A stretch of DNA of 58,216 bases, counting the filler, from Sluysia triapertura (lineage: Eukaryota): NCBI GenBank assembly GCA_046118255.1. It is 4 parts of 4 records of this genome, joined end to end, with 100 filler letters (N's around TTAATTAATTAA, not from the genome) between each part and the next. Parts side by side here need not be neighbours in the genome. Positions count along the whole stretch, not along the records: positions 29,284 to 45,909 come from JBJNIA010199598.1; positions 46,010 to 58,216 come from JBJNIA010129295.1; 2 more parts are not named here. The stretch is one strand, 5' to 3'. The position numbers and the translations under genes were made by a program. The notes under the pieces were generated by a model. The model did no database searches, was not told where the DNA came from, and saw only the letters and a program-made list of their open reading frames with translations. Positions 39,150 through 51,947 of this stretch are shown one piece after another. Each line of letters opens with the position of its first letter. The stretch's first letter is position 1.

Positions 39150-41200
39150 TATGACAAGAGCACGCACGACAATATAAAGAGTAAACCCCAATAAGCTACA
39201 TCATTTGTAAAGAGTTTCATAGATTCTTATTAATTCTAAGACTATTAATCTGTTTCGAGTTCGAATATAATTGGTCAAAACATTCTAACAAGCAGTGAAT
39301 GTGATCTTTGTGAAAGTCTAAATCTATTTATTTTAATTTTAATAAGTTTGTTCTTATTAAGTTCTATCTCCTTATTTAAAGTAAGGGTTAAACTCTCGAA
39401 ATCTTTTTATGCTATTCTAAAGGTGGCATCAAAATCTCTTTAAAGTCCTAATATTAATATAAATTATTATTTGTATTTTATTTCGTTGTGTTTCATATTA
39501 CGTTATTTAATAAACCTTTGCATTATTTTATAAAGAATACGTTATTGTAAATTAAGATTCTTGCGATATTGATAAGTTAGAGATTGTGGTCAAGAACGTA
39601 AATTGTAAATCGAATAATCAACAATCTTTTCCATAAAGTTTAGTCAGCAACCGCTTTATTTAAAAGTCTATAGACTCGTCTTTTCTACAGGCGGATCCAT
39701 TTTCATCAAATAACTTTATAAGAAACACTTGCACTACCACAGATAGATTAATTCAAATGAAAATAAGCTTTTATATCATTTTGTTCTTATTTAGAAATTT
39801 ATCAAAAATAAATTTTGGTACTTTTTTTGTAAATGGAATTCAAGAACTATGAAATGGAAATACAATAACAATTATTTTCAGTTTTCATAATTCTGTGGTT
39901 TTTCTAACATTTACCTATGACAAAATATTTTTGAGCCTTGTCCGTTTACAGTAAACGTCTTATGTTTTGCAGAGGGCGTTTCTGTAACTATATAAACTTA
40001 TATTTTATTTCAATAGAAATAATCCTTAGTTAGGGTCTTAACAAATGCTCAAATTTGAATAATTTACTCTAAAACTTTCAATAATTAAATAGGGTCAAAA
40101 AATTGTACAAAATACTGTTAAATATGATTTTTATATGATTCTTCAAAGAATATTTTTAGGAAATTGTTTAATTTATTTTATTTTAAGAATTTTTAAGAAT
40201 TGCTTAATTTATTTAATTTATAATGCAAATTTAAAATTTTAATTGATTTGGTAAATTTAATCTATTATTTAGTATAACGTAAATACAATGAATTTAATGT
40301 AATTATTTATCAGAAAATTGTCGGCATTAAGAAATTTAATTATTTATTAGAAAACTGATTGACATAAACTAAATAATTCTGCAATATAATTGTTGACGTA
40401 AACTTAATAATTCTGTAATATTCGGTATTAACAATTATCAAGTATAAAAGGAAATAAGTTTTCTATCAACATCATTAGCAAAAAAATAAATCTTGGCTGT
40501 TTTGGCTCAATATAATATTTTGGAGATTGATTCAATTGAAAGGAATGTGCATTTTTGAAACCGAATTATCAAAACCAGACTTCATTGGATTTACAATTTC
40601 TTGAATGTCGTCCATTAATTAATAAGCTTATTTCCTTTAAGATTTCACAATAATATTTGTGTCAATTTATTACTTAAATTCATTTGATTTTTCTTTTAAA
40701 AGAACCCCAAGCATTCGCCTGGGTTAATATAATTATTAAAAAATATTTTGTTAACGTAAGGATCCTAAATCCTTATCATATTATTTATATTGATACTTAA
40801 TTTTGTTAGCATTATTTGTATATCGTTTTAAAATATATCGAGGTTACGTTTGACTTATTTTGATTCTTTTTAATTAAATTTGTCGTGAAAGAATAAATTA
40901 AGAGGTAGAACCTCTGAAAATTATCTACAGAAAAAATTGTTGAAAAATTAATAGATTATTTGAAGTATTAACGACCCTCTGGCATTAATATTTAATTGTT
41001 ATAATCGCTTTAGTTGTAAGGAATCTTTCGTAGCATTTGAGATCTCCTATAACTAAGTCTTCCGAGAAATATAAATCTTAGATTATAGGCTGACCCAGTA
41101 AGTTAATTATAATTGTTCGGTAAAGTGAAGTGAATTTTTTTGTTAATCTACGAACAGTTGCTTATAAAGGTAAAATGTCAAGAAAATTGTCGGTAATTGT
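39150..41200 (-). mobile_element. Probable decayed LTR-retrotransposon internal region
   Basis: Homology to 25450-26450 around the protease-like motif (INPGECLGF). Downstream coding-like fragments are only weakly pol-like. Confidence 0.3.
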
Positions 41201-41719
41201 AATTTTTCTTTCTAGATTAGCTTTATTATATAAATACAAACAATATATAGTTCTAAGTTGTTTCTTGAATCGGCGATAACATTCTGTAGTGAGAATGAAA
41301 TCGTAAGCTTGACTGCATTGTGTGGTATAAGTTGGTTGTGTTAAAATATAATAAATATAATAAAAGTAGTATGAAATTTTTCGGTCTATTCAAGGGTGTT
41401 ATAATTTGTAGAATAAGAATAAAACAAGTATTATTGAAAGAATAACGCAAAAATATCATGCTGAGTTGTGTTTGTTAATGGAATATATTTATAAAATGTC
41501 GACACTAAAAAGAAAGAACACTTTAGAAGGTTTTACTCTTAAAAATATAATTAATTAATTAATTAATTAAATTAAAAATCCTTTGGTTTAATAATTTTAT
41601 GAAAAATGTCAGTATATGAGAAAATAACATACGAAATACAGTATAATGTTGAAACTCATTAGTATTATTGATATTGAGATGTGAAGCATGTCGACGCAGA
41701 TAACGCAAAAATTAGTTAT

Positions 41720-42625
41720 TTTAATTAATTACTTATATTTAATTAAATTTGTAATGTTCAAGCATAATCAATAATCAATTTAATGCATATTAAGATATCA
41801 ATTCAGACAGGTTTTTGAAATCGACATGTAATATACGGTTAAGTATGATGCATTGTATTAAAATTTTTTGGACAAGAAATTAGGTATTTAATTAATTTTA
41901 CGTTTACTTTAAATTGATGTATTATTTGAGTAGTAAACATTTTTATGATAATGATGTTAAATTTTGATTTTGCTTTTCACAAATCGCATTATCTTTTGGT
42001 AATTTCTGAGAGATGATAAATTGAAATCGAAAGCAATTATCGTCGAAATTTAATTATTAAAATTAAATTAACAGACTCAAATGAATAAATAATTACATAA
42101 AGTAATTACTTCTATACTTCCCATTTCTAATTTCCTCAGCCTACTAAGTAATCGATCGAGATTTTTAATCAAATATTCAGAAGAAATAAGTAACAGAAAA
42201 GGATAAAATATAAATGAAAAAAAACCTTTGACTCCATTAGAAAAAATGCTTCAACAAAATTGCGGTAAACATTTTGATCGAAGCTTCATCTTTAGTAACT
42301 TGACTAAGTAACTTATTAGCGTGGTTAGTTGTCCCGAGTTGACGCACACTTTTCTCTCATCATTGGCGGCTATAGCCGCACTTTGCGGCAACGTCTTACA
42401 TAAACGTTTCGTGAAGTTCGTCACCCCTGAATTATGAATATTTTATTTATTAATTGATTGTATAAATACTGATTTATAATTAAGACTATTTTTTATTTGA
42501 TGAAAACATTCTGTGATTAAAAAATAATAATTAATTTGTATTGTATACATGTTTTGTATTGAAAACATATCGAGATGTCAGACTAATTTAATTATTGAGT
42601 TATTGTTGATAATTTCAAATAAAAA
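41720..42625. repeat. Dispersed repeat, copy B (inverted relative to 3350-4020)
   Basis: See copy A. Confidence 0.8.
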
Positions 42626-43949
42626 CTCAACAAAATAATATTTAAAATGATATTTTTAAATATATTTAAATATGCAAGAATTATAAAATTATGATACACA
42701 TGAATGTTTTGTGTTGCTTATTTGTGGGTGTCCGCAGTGAATGGTTTCGTATTAAGTTTTGTATATTAAGTTTTGTATTAAGAATTTGTGTGTTCTTATT
42801 CGTTAACAAAAACGCTTGGGCATTTGGTAAGGAAATACAGCTTTAACCTCACCATGGTAATACGGAGTACGCTTGTTCATGCTTATGAGAAGGTGGATAA
42901 GTAAGTTTATAAAAATCAAAATAAATTAAAAATCAAAGTTAATTAAAGTTTGAAAGTGAAATAATGTATACTTTTATGTACATTTTTCATTCTAAATAAT
43001 CATTACATTTAACACATAATATCAAAATCTGTAAGCATTATAAATATGAAAACGATACTTATCATCTTTACACATTATGGTGATCTATTTCTAAAAATAA
43101 ATTGATAAATTACAATATAGTCCAATTATTCCGTAAATTTCTTTAATGCAAAGTAGATTGTTTTGAACGAAATGTTTTTCTATTTAATTTGTTATTAGAT
43201 CGATTCAAAACATGTAAAACTACTATGTGTAAACTAATAATTTTTAAATGTTTGAAATATATTTTCAATTTAATTTTTTTACATTATAATTAACAAATGA
43301 CAATCAGAAAACTTGATTTTTATTAAATTTTTAAAAAATCATGAAACAATGTCTATAACAACACCAATTAAGATCTAATATAAATTCTGTTGAGGTTATC
43401 AAGATTCAATCATTTTGTTTGGTCATTGAAAGTTGGTTTAACAATCCAATCTTTGTTTGATAAAGAATTCTCGAATTTCGAACATAAATATTTAATGATG
43501 TTATAATAAATTGGAAATTGTACCACATGGTTTATCGTGTGGCAAATTAATTATAAGAAGGCAAAAGGATTGTTATCAAATTATGAAGAAATATGAAAAA
43601 TAATTACTTTATTAAATCATTGATAGGATTCAAATTTCGTATTGAATATGTTAAATTGAATAATGGTATAAATAAATTTATCTAACTTGTTTGAAAATAT
43701 TGATTACTCTAAAATTATGTCTAAAATATAATCAAGATTATACATTTAAAGTTAAAAATAAACATTTTTATGATTAACATCCTTAATTAGGTAGATGTTT
43801 TGCCGCAATTCGAAGTTTTCCCTAAAAACGAAGTCTTCAAAACTTAGTACAAAATTTGGAAAAAGAATTTATAATAATAATATTCAAAAAACAAGATAAG
43901 TCGGAGTTTATATTTAATGAAAAATAAGTTATTGTAATGTGCTTTTGTT

Positions 43950-44900
43950 TTTTTTGCAGTGAATACAAAAGTCGGCTTTGAATTTGTGTAGGCTTAGGAC
44001 ATTCTCTGGTGTTTCGTGTTTAACTATATTAAGCAACATAATGAGATCATATTTTGTATTTTTATGATTTTTTCGTCATCTAAATGGCATTCGCCATAAT
44101 ATCTTTCTCTTGTCATTATTTGCATCTCATTCATGGCTTTTGCGAAGCAGTTTCATATTGCAGGCCATTTTTGAACAAGATATTGCATCTATTATGGTGA
44201 TTCTTTTTATTACTTCATCTATTTGATTGTTAGGATAATTGCTCTTATCCGATTATTAAAATGAATTTTGAATGCTTTGATTATTCCCTGTTCACAAGGA
44301 AGGCGTGTTTTTGAAAGAAAACTATGACAATGTTTGAATGTTTAACAGAATAAGCATGACAAATAGTACTATCCATTAACAAAGCTATTTTTCTTCTCTT
44401 TTCCTTCATTTATTTTCATTTTCAAAACTACTTTTTCTCATCCAAACTTTGTTTGAGGTATCAAATAGCATTCAGATCCACTATTCTTGGTGACTTCTAC
44501 TGTTCTATTATGAATGGATTATATTTTTCATCATAAAAGTATTTTGAGGCGTTTTTTTAATTTATGTTCGATAGATAATTTATTTTTCAATGAGAATGTC
44601 TTAAAAAAGCTTCTGTTTCATCGCAATTGAAACATTTTTTCTTCGTATTCTTCAATTAAATTATTAAGTGTTCATCAAAAGTTTTCTGCACGTTCTATAT
44701 CTGCTGATCGGGATTTGCCTCGAAGAGTTACGAATTTGATATCAAATCGTTGTTGGAACCATTTAAAGCTGCAAAGTCTTATCTGCCTCAAAGTTGGCCT
44801 ATTTATTTAGAAACTATAGGATCTGAATTAAGGAAAGTTTCGTTTGCATTGTATCGCTTAATGTGGAGACAAACTGAGCTAAGATCTCCTTCCTTTTCAA
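43950..44900 (-). mobile_element. pogo/Tigger-type transposase pseudogene
   Basis: Minus-strand motifs FQQRFDIKFVTLRGKSRSAD, NVFNCDET, LLMDSTICH and PCEQGIIKAFK, interrupted by stops and frameshifts. Confidence 0.82.
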
Positions 44901-45394
44901 TTTCGTGGAGTGTAAATTTCCTTTAGAAATTATATATTTCTCACAAATGCCTGTTATTATAGGATAACCTTCTTTCCATATTCGTTAACCCTTCTAAAAA
45001 TTTGTAAAAAATATTAAAACATTGAGAAAAAACTTTTATCAGATTGAAATTTATTGGAATAATTTATCTCCAAAAATGGTTGCTCTTGAACAAATATATC
45101 ATTAGAAACTAGGAGAAAATCTTTCTGAAATTTTTGCTAAAGTAAATACAGTTTTCCCAAATGGAGGTTCATTCATTCAAAAAGTCTTCCGCCTCAGAGA
45201 ATTAAATGAAGTTGTAAAAATATTGCTCCAAAGTGAAGTTTTCCCAAAAAATAGGTTTTCTGCGTTCATTTTTTGTTTTATCAGGTGGTGATTTCAAAGT
45301 TTGTACCCACATTTATTTACATACTTTGCTATTTACGTGGCAGGTTATTTATATCTGTAGTATTAGATCGTGGCAGATATTAGTCAATGGAAGG

Positions 45395-45575
45395 TCAGTT
45401 TTGTCAAAATTACGGAAGAAGCGGTAGTTAGTGGAGACTGAGTATAGCGATTATGGATGATGATATAGAAGTTCCATCTCCAATTCTTCTGGTTTTGCCA
45501 TAGTCATTTGTACAGTGTTTCTTATAGCGTTATCATGCAATAAAACAAGAGTTGGTTTGTTTCCTTGACATTTTG
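45395..45575 (-). mobile_element. mariner transposase C-terminal fragment
   Basis: LVLLHDNAIRNTVQMTMAKPEELEMELLYHHP*SLYSVSTNYRFFRNF aligns by eye to the mariner LLHDNA...HPPYSPDLAPSDYHLF motif. Confidence 0.75.
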
Positions 45576-45909
45576 CACCATTCCGTCTTGCAACGCTTCT
45601 GGGCTATACCTAACCTACGATGCAAATACGCCTAGAAGAGTTCGACCTAACAAGAACGTCTTAAGTCTGCACGACGGCGGCCTATTAGGATTTAATATGT
45701 AAAAGGTAGAAGCGAATGGAGGCTTAAGATATGAACAAATTTATGTCGGTTATCTCGTTAAATTATTATTATTATTTGTTGATATTTTTTAAGGATTTTA
45801 AGTTAGCCTTTTTACGGTCTAACTGATCAAAGTAAATATTAAATTAGCCTTTTACGGTCTAATTTCTTTAAAATACGTTTCTTGAAATTTATATAATTAA
45901 GCTATCCTT

Positions 45910-46009
45910 NNNNNNNNNNNNNNNNNNNNNNNNNNNNNNNNNNNNNNNNNNNNTTAATTAATTAANNNNNNNNNNNNNNNNNNNNNNNNNNNNNNNNNNN
46001 NNNNNNNNN
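45910..46009. other. Artificial contig linker
   Basis: N44-TTAATTAATTAA-N44. Confidence 0.98.
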
Positions 46010-46819
46010 TCATTAGAATCATCGTGGTCATAATAATCCAATTTCGATAAATGATACATAAATAAATATTACAAAGACAGTTATATGAATTACTTTAATA
46101 TTATTGATCGAGTAGTGTTAAAAGCAATGATCGTGATAACAATGACAATAATAGTAATAAAAAGTGATTGACACAATGTTGGTGTAACTGGATAGAGCGA
46201 TATCGGTGGATTAAAAATATCGTTGAATAATAAATTATTGTGGTTTAAATGTATTAATATAATATAGTTGAAATACATAATAAGTTTAACGTATGTTATA
46301 TTTTATATAAGCATATTAATATGATAACTTTGAAGTAGATGATGTGTTTAAGGTGTATTATGTTTTAAGTATTGGCCTGTGTGAAGGATGTAGTAACGTA
46401 GTGTGTATGAAAGATTTGTGGTTGGATGTATTGAAGGTTTATGGGTGAGTTGAACATGAAGAAGTAGAAAAAGAAATCAGAGAGGTCAAGGTGAAAACAT
46501 CTAGAGCCTCCTGAATGCCTTATAAATTATTTAAAAAAATTTACATTCTAAACATAAAATTACATAACATCAAATTTATATTTAATATCGAAAATTTTAC
46601 TTAACAAGTTAATTCAAAATATTGCAAACTTAATTTAACACACTTCGCATAAAATCACATTCCATAACATTCTAACTGTTTTCCATCAAAACCTTTGTTT
46701 CATATTTTAATTCGTTCAGATCCACCAAAATCATTTTCATAGCTCAAAACATTTTTAATACACAATCTGTTAACATCCAAACCATAATTACATTCAAAAC
46801 CATCAATATACATTAAAAT

Positions 46820-49190
46820 TTATTCGCTACATTTTAAAGTCACAATCTTCCAACGTCCAAATTTCACAAACATTTAGATATATGTAAAAAATTCTTTCAA
46901 AACATTTACTCACTATATTATAACATTAGCATCAAAATTACACCTAATTTTATCGAAAATACGTCACATTAATTTACATCATAAGAAGTTTACAATATCC
47001 CAACATTTAACCATTTTAGACATTCCAATTAAAATAAATTTATTTAAAGATATTAAATTAAAAGATTTATGTCGAGAAAGAATGATAATTACATTAAAAG
47101 AAAGATTGTGTTTTATGCTTCTATTAAAAATTTATGCATTAATTTTACATTATTATTTTTCATCTCATCATTATTTTTGATTATTTTATCATAGTTGCCA
47201 GGCAACCCTGCCATCAGTGTAAATTAATGTAACCACTTTTAGTTATATAACTATCTACTGATAACAGTTACTATGTCTATTTAATAATTTTCATTATCAA
47301 TTCAGTTGATTGGACCTCCAATCAACAGTACTTTAGAGTTTCATTATTCCTTATTTCTATTGGTTGTACAATCAACATCAACAATTTTGCTTTATATAGT
47401 TTGTATGTGATTGGATGTCCAATAAATTTTGCATATCTTTTGCATATCTTTGAATTTTAATCAATTACACACAAATTTAACGTTGATAACTGGAACACAT
47501 TAATATTATCACTCACTCTTGGCAAGTTACTAAAAAAGATAATTAGTAGTAGTTAGTAAATAAAATCAAACAGTATTATTTCATCAAGATATATAATCAT
47601 AATTTTATAGCGTTAAGCATTATTTTTAGTAATAGTATTTGGCAAATTAATCACAAAATTTTACTAATAATATCTTCTTACTGATAAAAAGAAATTAATA
47701 AGCATTTAATTGATATTTACAATGAAAACTGATTGTCTCTGGCATTTTAAACAAATTGGTACAGAGCTGATTATTACCAAAAAGAAGTGTTAGTACCTAC
47801 CAACATCATAAAATTAAGACCAAATATGGTATTCATCAAATGTTCGAGATCATATGCTGAACAAATTTCAGTGGAAAATTATTTAGATGTTCTTTATGTT
47901 CAACTAAACGACACCATTATTGTTAGTAAAGGTTAAACATTGCAAAATAGGTTTATTTTATCCAAAAATTCTTCATTGTATATGTCATGAAATTATGTTA
48001 ATGGAATTAATATGTTCAACTTTCAAATAAACATGCTAATAAAATATAATGAATCCAAGTTTAGAGATGTGTTATACCTAAGTTTTAAAATGTTAAGCGA
48101 TGATTCAATAAGCGATCGTATCAAACATAATATGCCTTATGGATCGCGCATATCGTTGGCGAATGATATCATTCCTTCATATGATAAATATGACGAATTC
48201 TACATCAGTTTTATATCTGAACAAAACATTAGTTTTAAAAGTTTGACTGCATCAACTTACATCGATCAGTTAAAATTAATGTCTAAGTTGAATAAATATT
48301 ATAAAATGAAATACAGACTGACAAAGATTTATGACAGTATCGGGAGATTAATAAAAACAATTGTGAACCGATTTATGCTGATGCCTAGTAATCTACTAGT
48401 AGATGTAGATTTGTTTGTCATGACAAATAAATTGCACTCATCACGAGCAAAAACTTCAAACACGAATTCGGAAATTATTCGTTTAAAGTCACTGTACTCT
48501 GGTAACAAATTGCAATGCACAAAAATGTCATCTCTAGCAGACTACAACAAACATTATAAAACGGCCCTACATGACAACACAATCCGTAGAACGTTCAAGG
48601 TATGTCACAAGATGAAAATATTACCATAGAGTTGATGAGATTAAAGAGTTTGGAAATAACTCAACAGATGCCATCCTACATCTCAACAGATTAGACAAGC
48701 TGTTTTCAACTTTAAGTATTTCTCCAGTATAATATCCTTATGTGAAAGAACTCAATATGCTCAGTAACAGTCACGCAAATCTGCGATCCGATAGAGTGGT
48801 ACCAAATAAGGTAAAAGTAAATTTTAAATATTTCTGGGCTGATTATAAATTAACTCTATCCTTTTATTTATTTAGTGAATGGCATATTCGGGAGACAATC
48901 AGTATCAATTTCAAAACGTTTAGCTTAGTTAATATAAATAAATTTCGTTTTTCGTATGAGTTGTTATTTTGTTTAAATAAATTAAAATTATTTTTGTTAA
49001 TAAAAGTAATAATAAAACATAATCTTATTTTTCAAATTCATATCAAAAAAGCAATTTTTAACGAAGTAAATGAAACTTCAATAGCAAATGCTGTCAATTT
49101 AATAATATTAATTTTGTATAATAAAGTATACCACATTAAACCATCACAACTGTTTATAATAATAATAATAATTTTAAAACAATTGTAATA
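46820..49190 (+). pseudogene. Orphan intronless gene family, copy 2 (ORF fragments 48012-48629, 48742-49188)
   Basis: LIKYNESKF, VDEIKEFGNNST and NFKYFWADYKLTLSFYL match copy 1. Carries about 0.4 kb (about 48220-48620) absent from copy 1. Confidence 0.7.
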
Positions 49191-51896
49191 AAAAACTATA
49201 ATACAATCAATCAATATATATTCTATTTATTCTGATTACTTAATATTCCTTAATATTGTAAAATTTTATTTCTGTTTATTTATATTGTCATTCATTTTTT
49301 ACCTCATGTTTCATAATGTGACCTTTCTATCACATAATGTTTAGAGGTATTAGAATTAATGTTTAGAATTATTATTATTGTTATTATTATTATTACAATT
49401 ATTATTAATTATTGTTGATAAATAAAAATTTTAAAAAATCAATTTTTTATTGAGTTTAATTATGAAGTTATACATAGTACCAGTTATTTTTTTAAATCAA
49501 GGATTAATAAAACAATTTGGGATTACGATGTTTTCAACGTTATGACAATAAAAAATTTCTACCAAAATTCAAGAATGTGATAAGTATGTGCATCTACTTT
49601 ACGCATGCAAAATAATGTAGATATATCTATTAAATCTTCTAGTGCATGTTATATCGCTGGTATTTCTAAATGTGGTAATGCGGGCGAATTATCTGTAAAC
49701 AGATACGTGATCTATTTTATTCATTTAACGTGATTAATAATCTATGTGATTAATAATTTATGTGTATTTATTTACTAATAATTAACAATTTTGCACTAGT
49801 AATTTATTTTGCGACTTTATTAATCAATTTTTAATCTGATTGATTAATGCAAGAATTTTTAATTTTTATTAATTTTATTTAATTTTTATCAAATTTAAGA
49901 TTATAAATTTAAAAAAGGAAGCGAACTAGCGTCACTAATTTTTATAATTTTTAAAAATTTTAATTTTTTGTTTTGTTTTAGTCTGACCAAGGTCATACTA
50001 AAACAAGTTTATAAATGATTACATCTTTAACGTTTGACACAAAAAAAATTTCACAAGAATTTGATCGAGACAAGATATTATTAGAGACAATTTTAAGAAG
50101 ATTAATTGCAAATAGTGACGTTATTTTAAATTTTTTAAGGTTGATATGAATTTTTATATCATAGGCAAAATCAACGGAAAATCTATATTTATAATTTGGA
50201 TCTTATAAAGATCTTTGGTAAAATTCTTTTTAAATTATAACTAAAGTAAGTTAAAGTAAATTTTATCAGTGTTCAATCATATTTGCTAGTTTTATATTTT
50301 GTATTTAAATAATAAAAGAATTCTCTTTTCTTACAATTTTTAATCGATAAATTTCGTAGTTGCAAAATCAATTAAAATCTCACATCTTTATAGTTTTCAA
50401 GAGACTATAATTTAATTCTAGCAGATAAAATTATATTTTTAATTCCATATAAAGGAATCGTGCGAAAAATATATAATTAAATTTGATTTATTTAATTTTG
50501 TAATTCAAATTAAAATCTTTTGAAGAATATTCACCTCTAGATAAAAAAGTACTCCAGAGACTTACTTTTCTTTAAATTTATCTTACAAAAATCCAACGAC
50601 TGGCTCTAGCAGGTAAGCCCAGTACGTTGGTGGACTCACATCTTTAACTTATTTTATTCTGTTAGCTTCACTCACATTTCTCACAGTAGTTTTGTGAATA
50701 AATTTAAATTTAAAGTTTTGTATATAATAAATTAGTTATTTGTTAGTTAAATTTGTTATTTTTATTGATGCAGGAATGTAATAATAATTGTATTATAACA
50801 GAAATTATACATACAGATATATAACTTTAAATTAATTAATGTGTGGAAAATAATACATAAAGTAAGAAGAAAACTATATCATAAGTAATAGTGATTCCAT
50901 TTAATATTGCAACATTCAATTTATATTCAATTGCGATTTCAACTCTAAAACATTCGATTATTAACCAGCTGATGTCTTATTTCGATTTAATCCGATTGAT
51001 ATTAGGACTCCCTTGGAGTAGTGATTAACTAGTGGTTAACTTGTGAGTACTATTTTCCTGCATTACAAATAAAATAAGAAAATTCTTGTTATTCTATAAA
51101 ATCTATATTAAAAAAAGATTAAATAATTTAATTAATGTCTTATAAAACTTTTAATGAATGTTGCAAAATCTTTTTTTTCATTACGACTAAAATTACATTT
51201 ATCTTGTTTTAAATAAAGTTTTCCTCTGAAATTTTTATTGGGATTAAAAATTAAGATTTAGATATCTTAAAGTTTAATATGAACTTCCATTGTTAAGGAC
51301 AGAGACGAGTAACGAACTCATTCTTCAAGTTAAATTTATAAAAGAAATATTAAGTAAATTAAACGAGAAGTACTTCATTTAAACTAAAGTTATAAAGAGA
51401 ATTTAATTTAGATCAAGAATCACTAGATTAAGAATTAAATAAAGCATTAGAGAAAAAATTTTTAAGTAATTTATAAATATAAAGTTAACATTTATAATAA
51501 CGGTAAACAATTAAAGAATTACTAACAAAGTTATCAGTTTTTACGTAGAGCACAAGTTGAAAATTTTATTAAGGAAAAGAAATTGAAAGTCTTCAAGTTT
51601 AAAGAATTAAAGTTTAAAACCCACTAGAAATTTAGTAAAACAAGAGAATAAGTAAAACACATCATATAAATTTCAATAAAGTTTTTTAAAAATTTTATAG
51701 TTACAATAATAATAGTTATTATTTTAGATTAATTATTTAATATTATCTGGGAATTAATATTACTATATTGGAATCATTTGATAAAAAAGTGAATATTTTT
51801 TCTTATTTTTTATCTTGCCGATATGGTTTGATATAAATGCGGATACTAAAAAGCTACTTTGCTAGTTGATTCTTGGATGCGTATAATTTTTTAATC

Positions 51897-51898
<2 letters not shown>

Positions 51899-51947
<49 letters not shown>
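51899..51947. repeat. (TTA)n microsatellite
   Basis: Directly visible. Confidence 0.95.
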
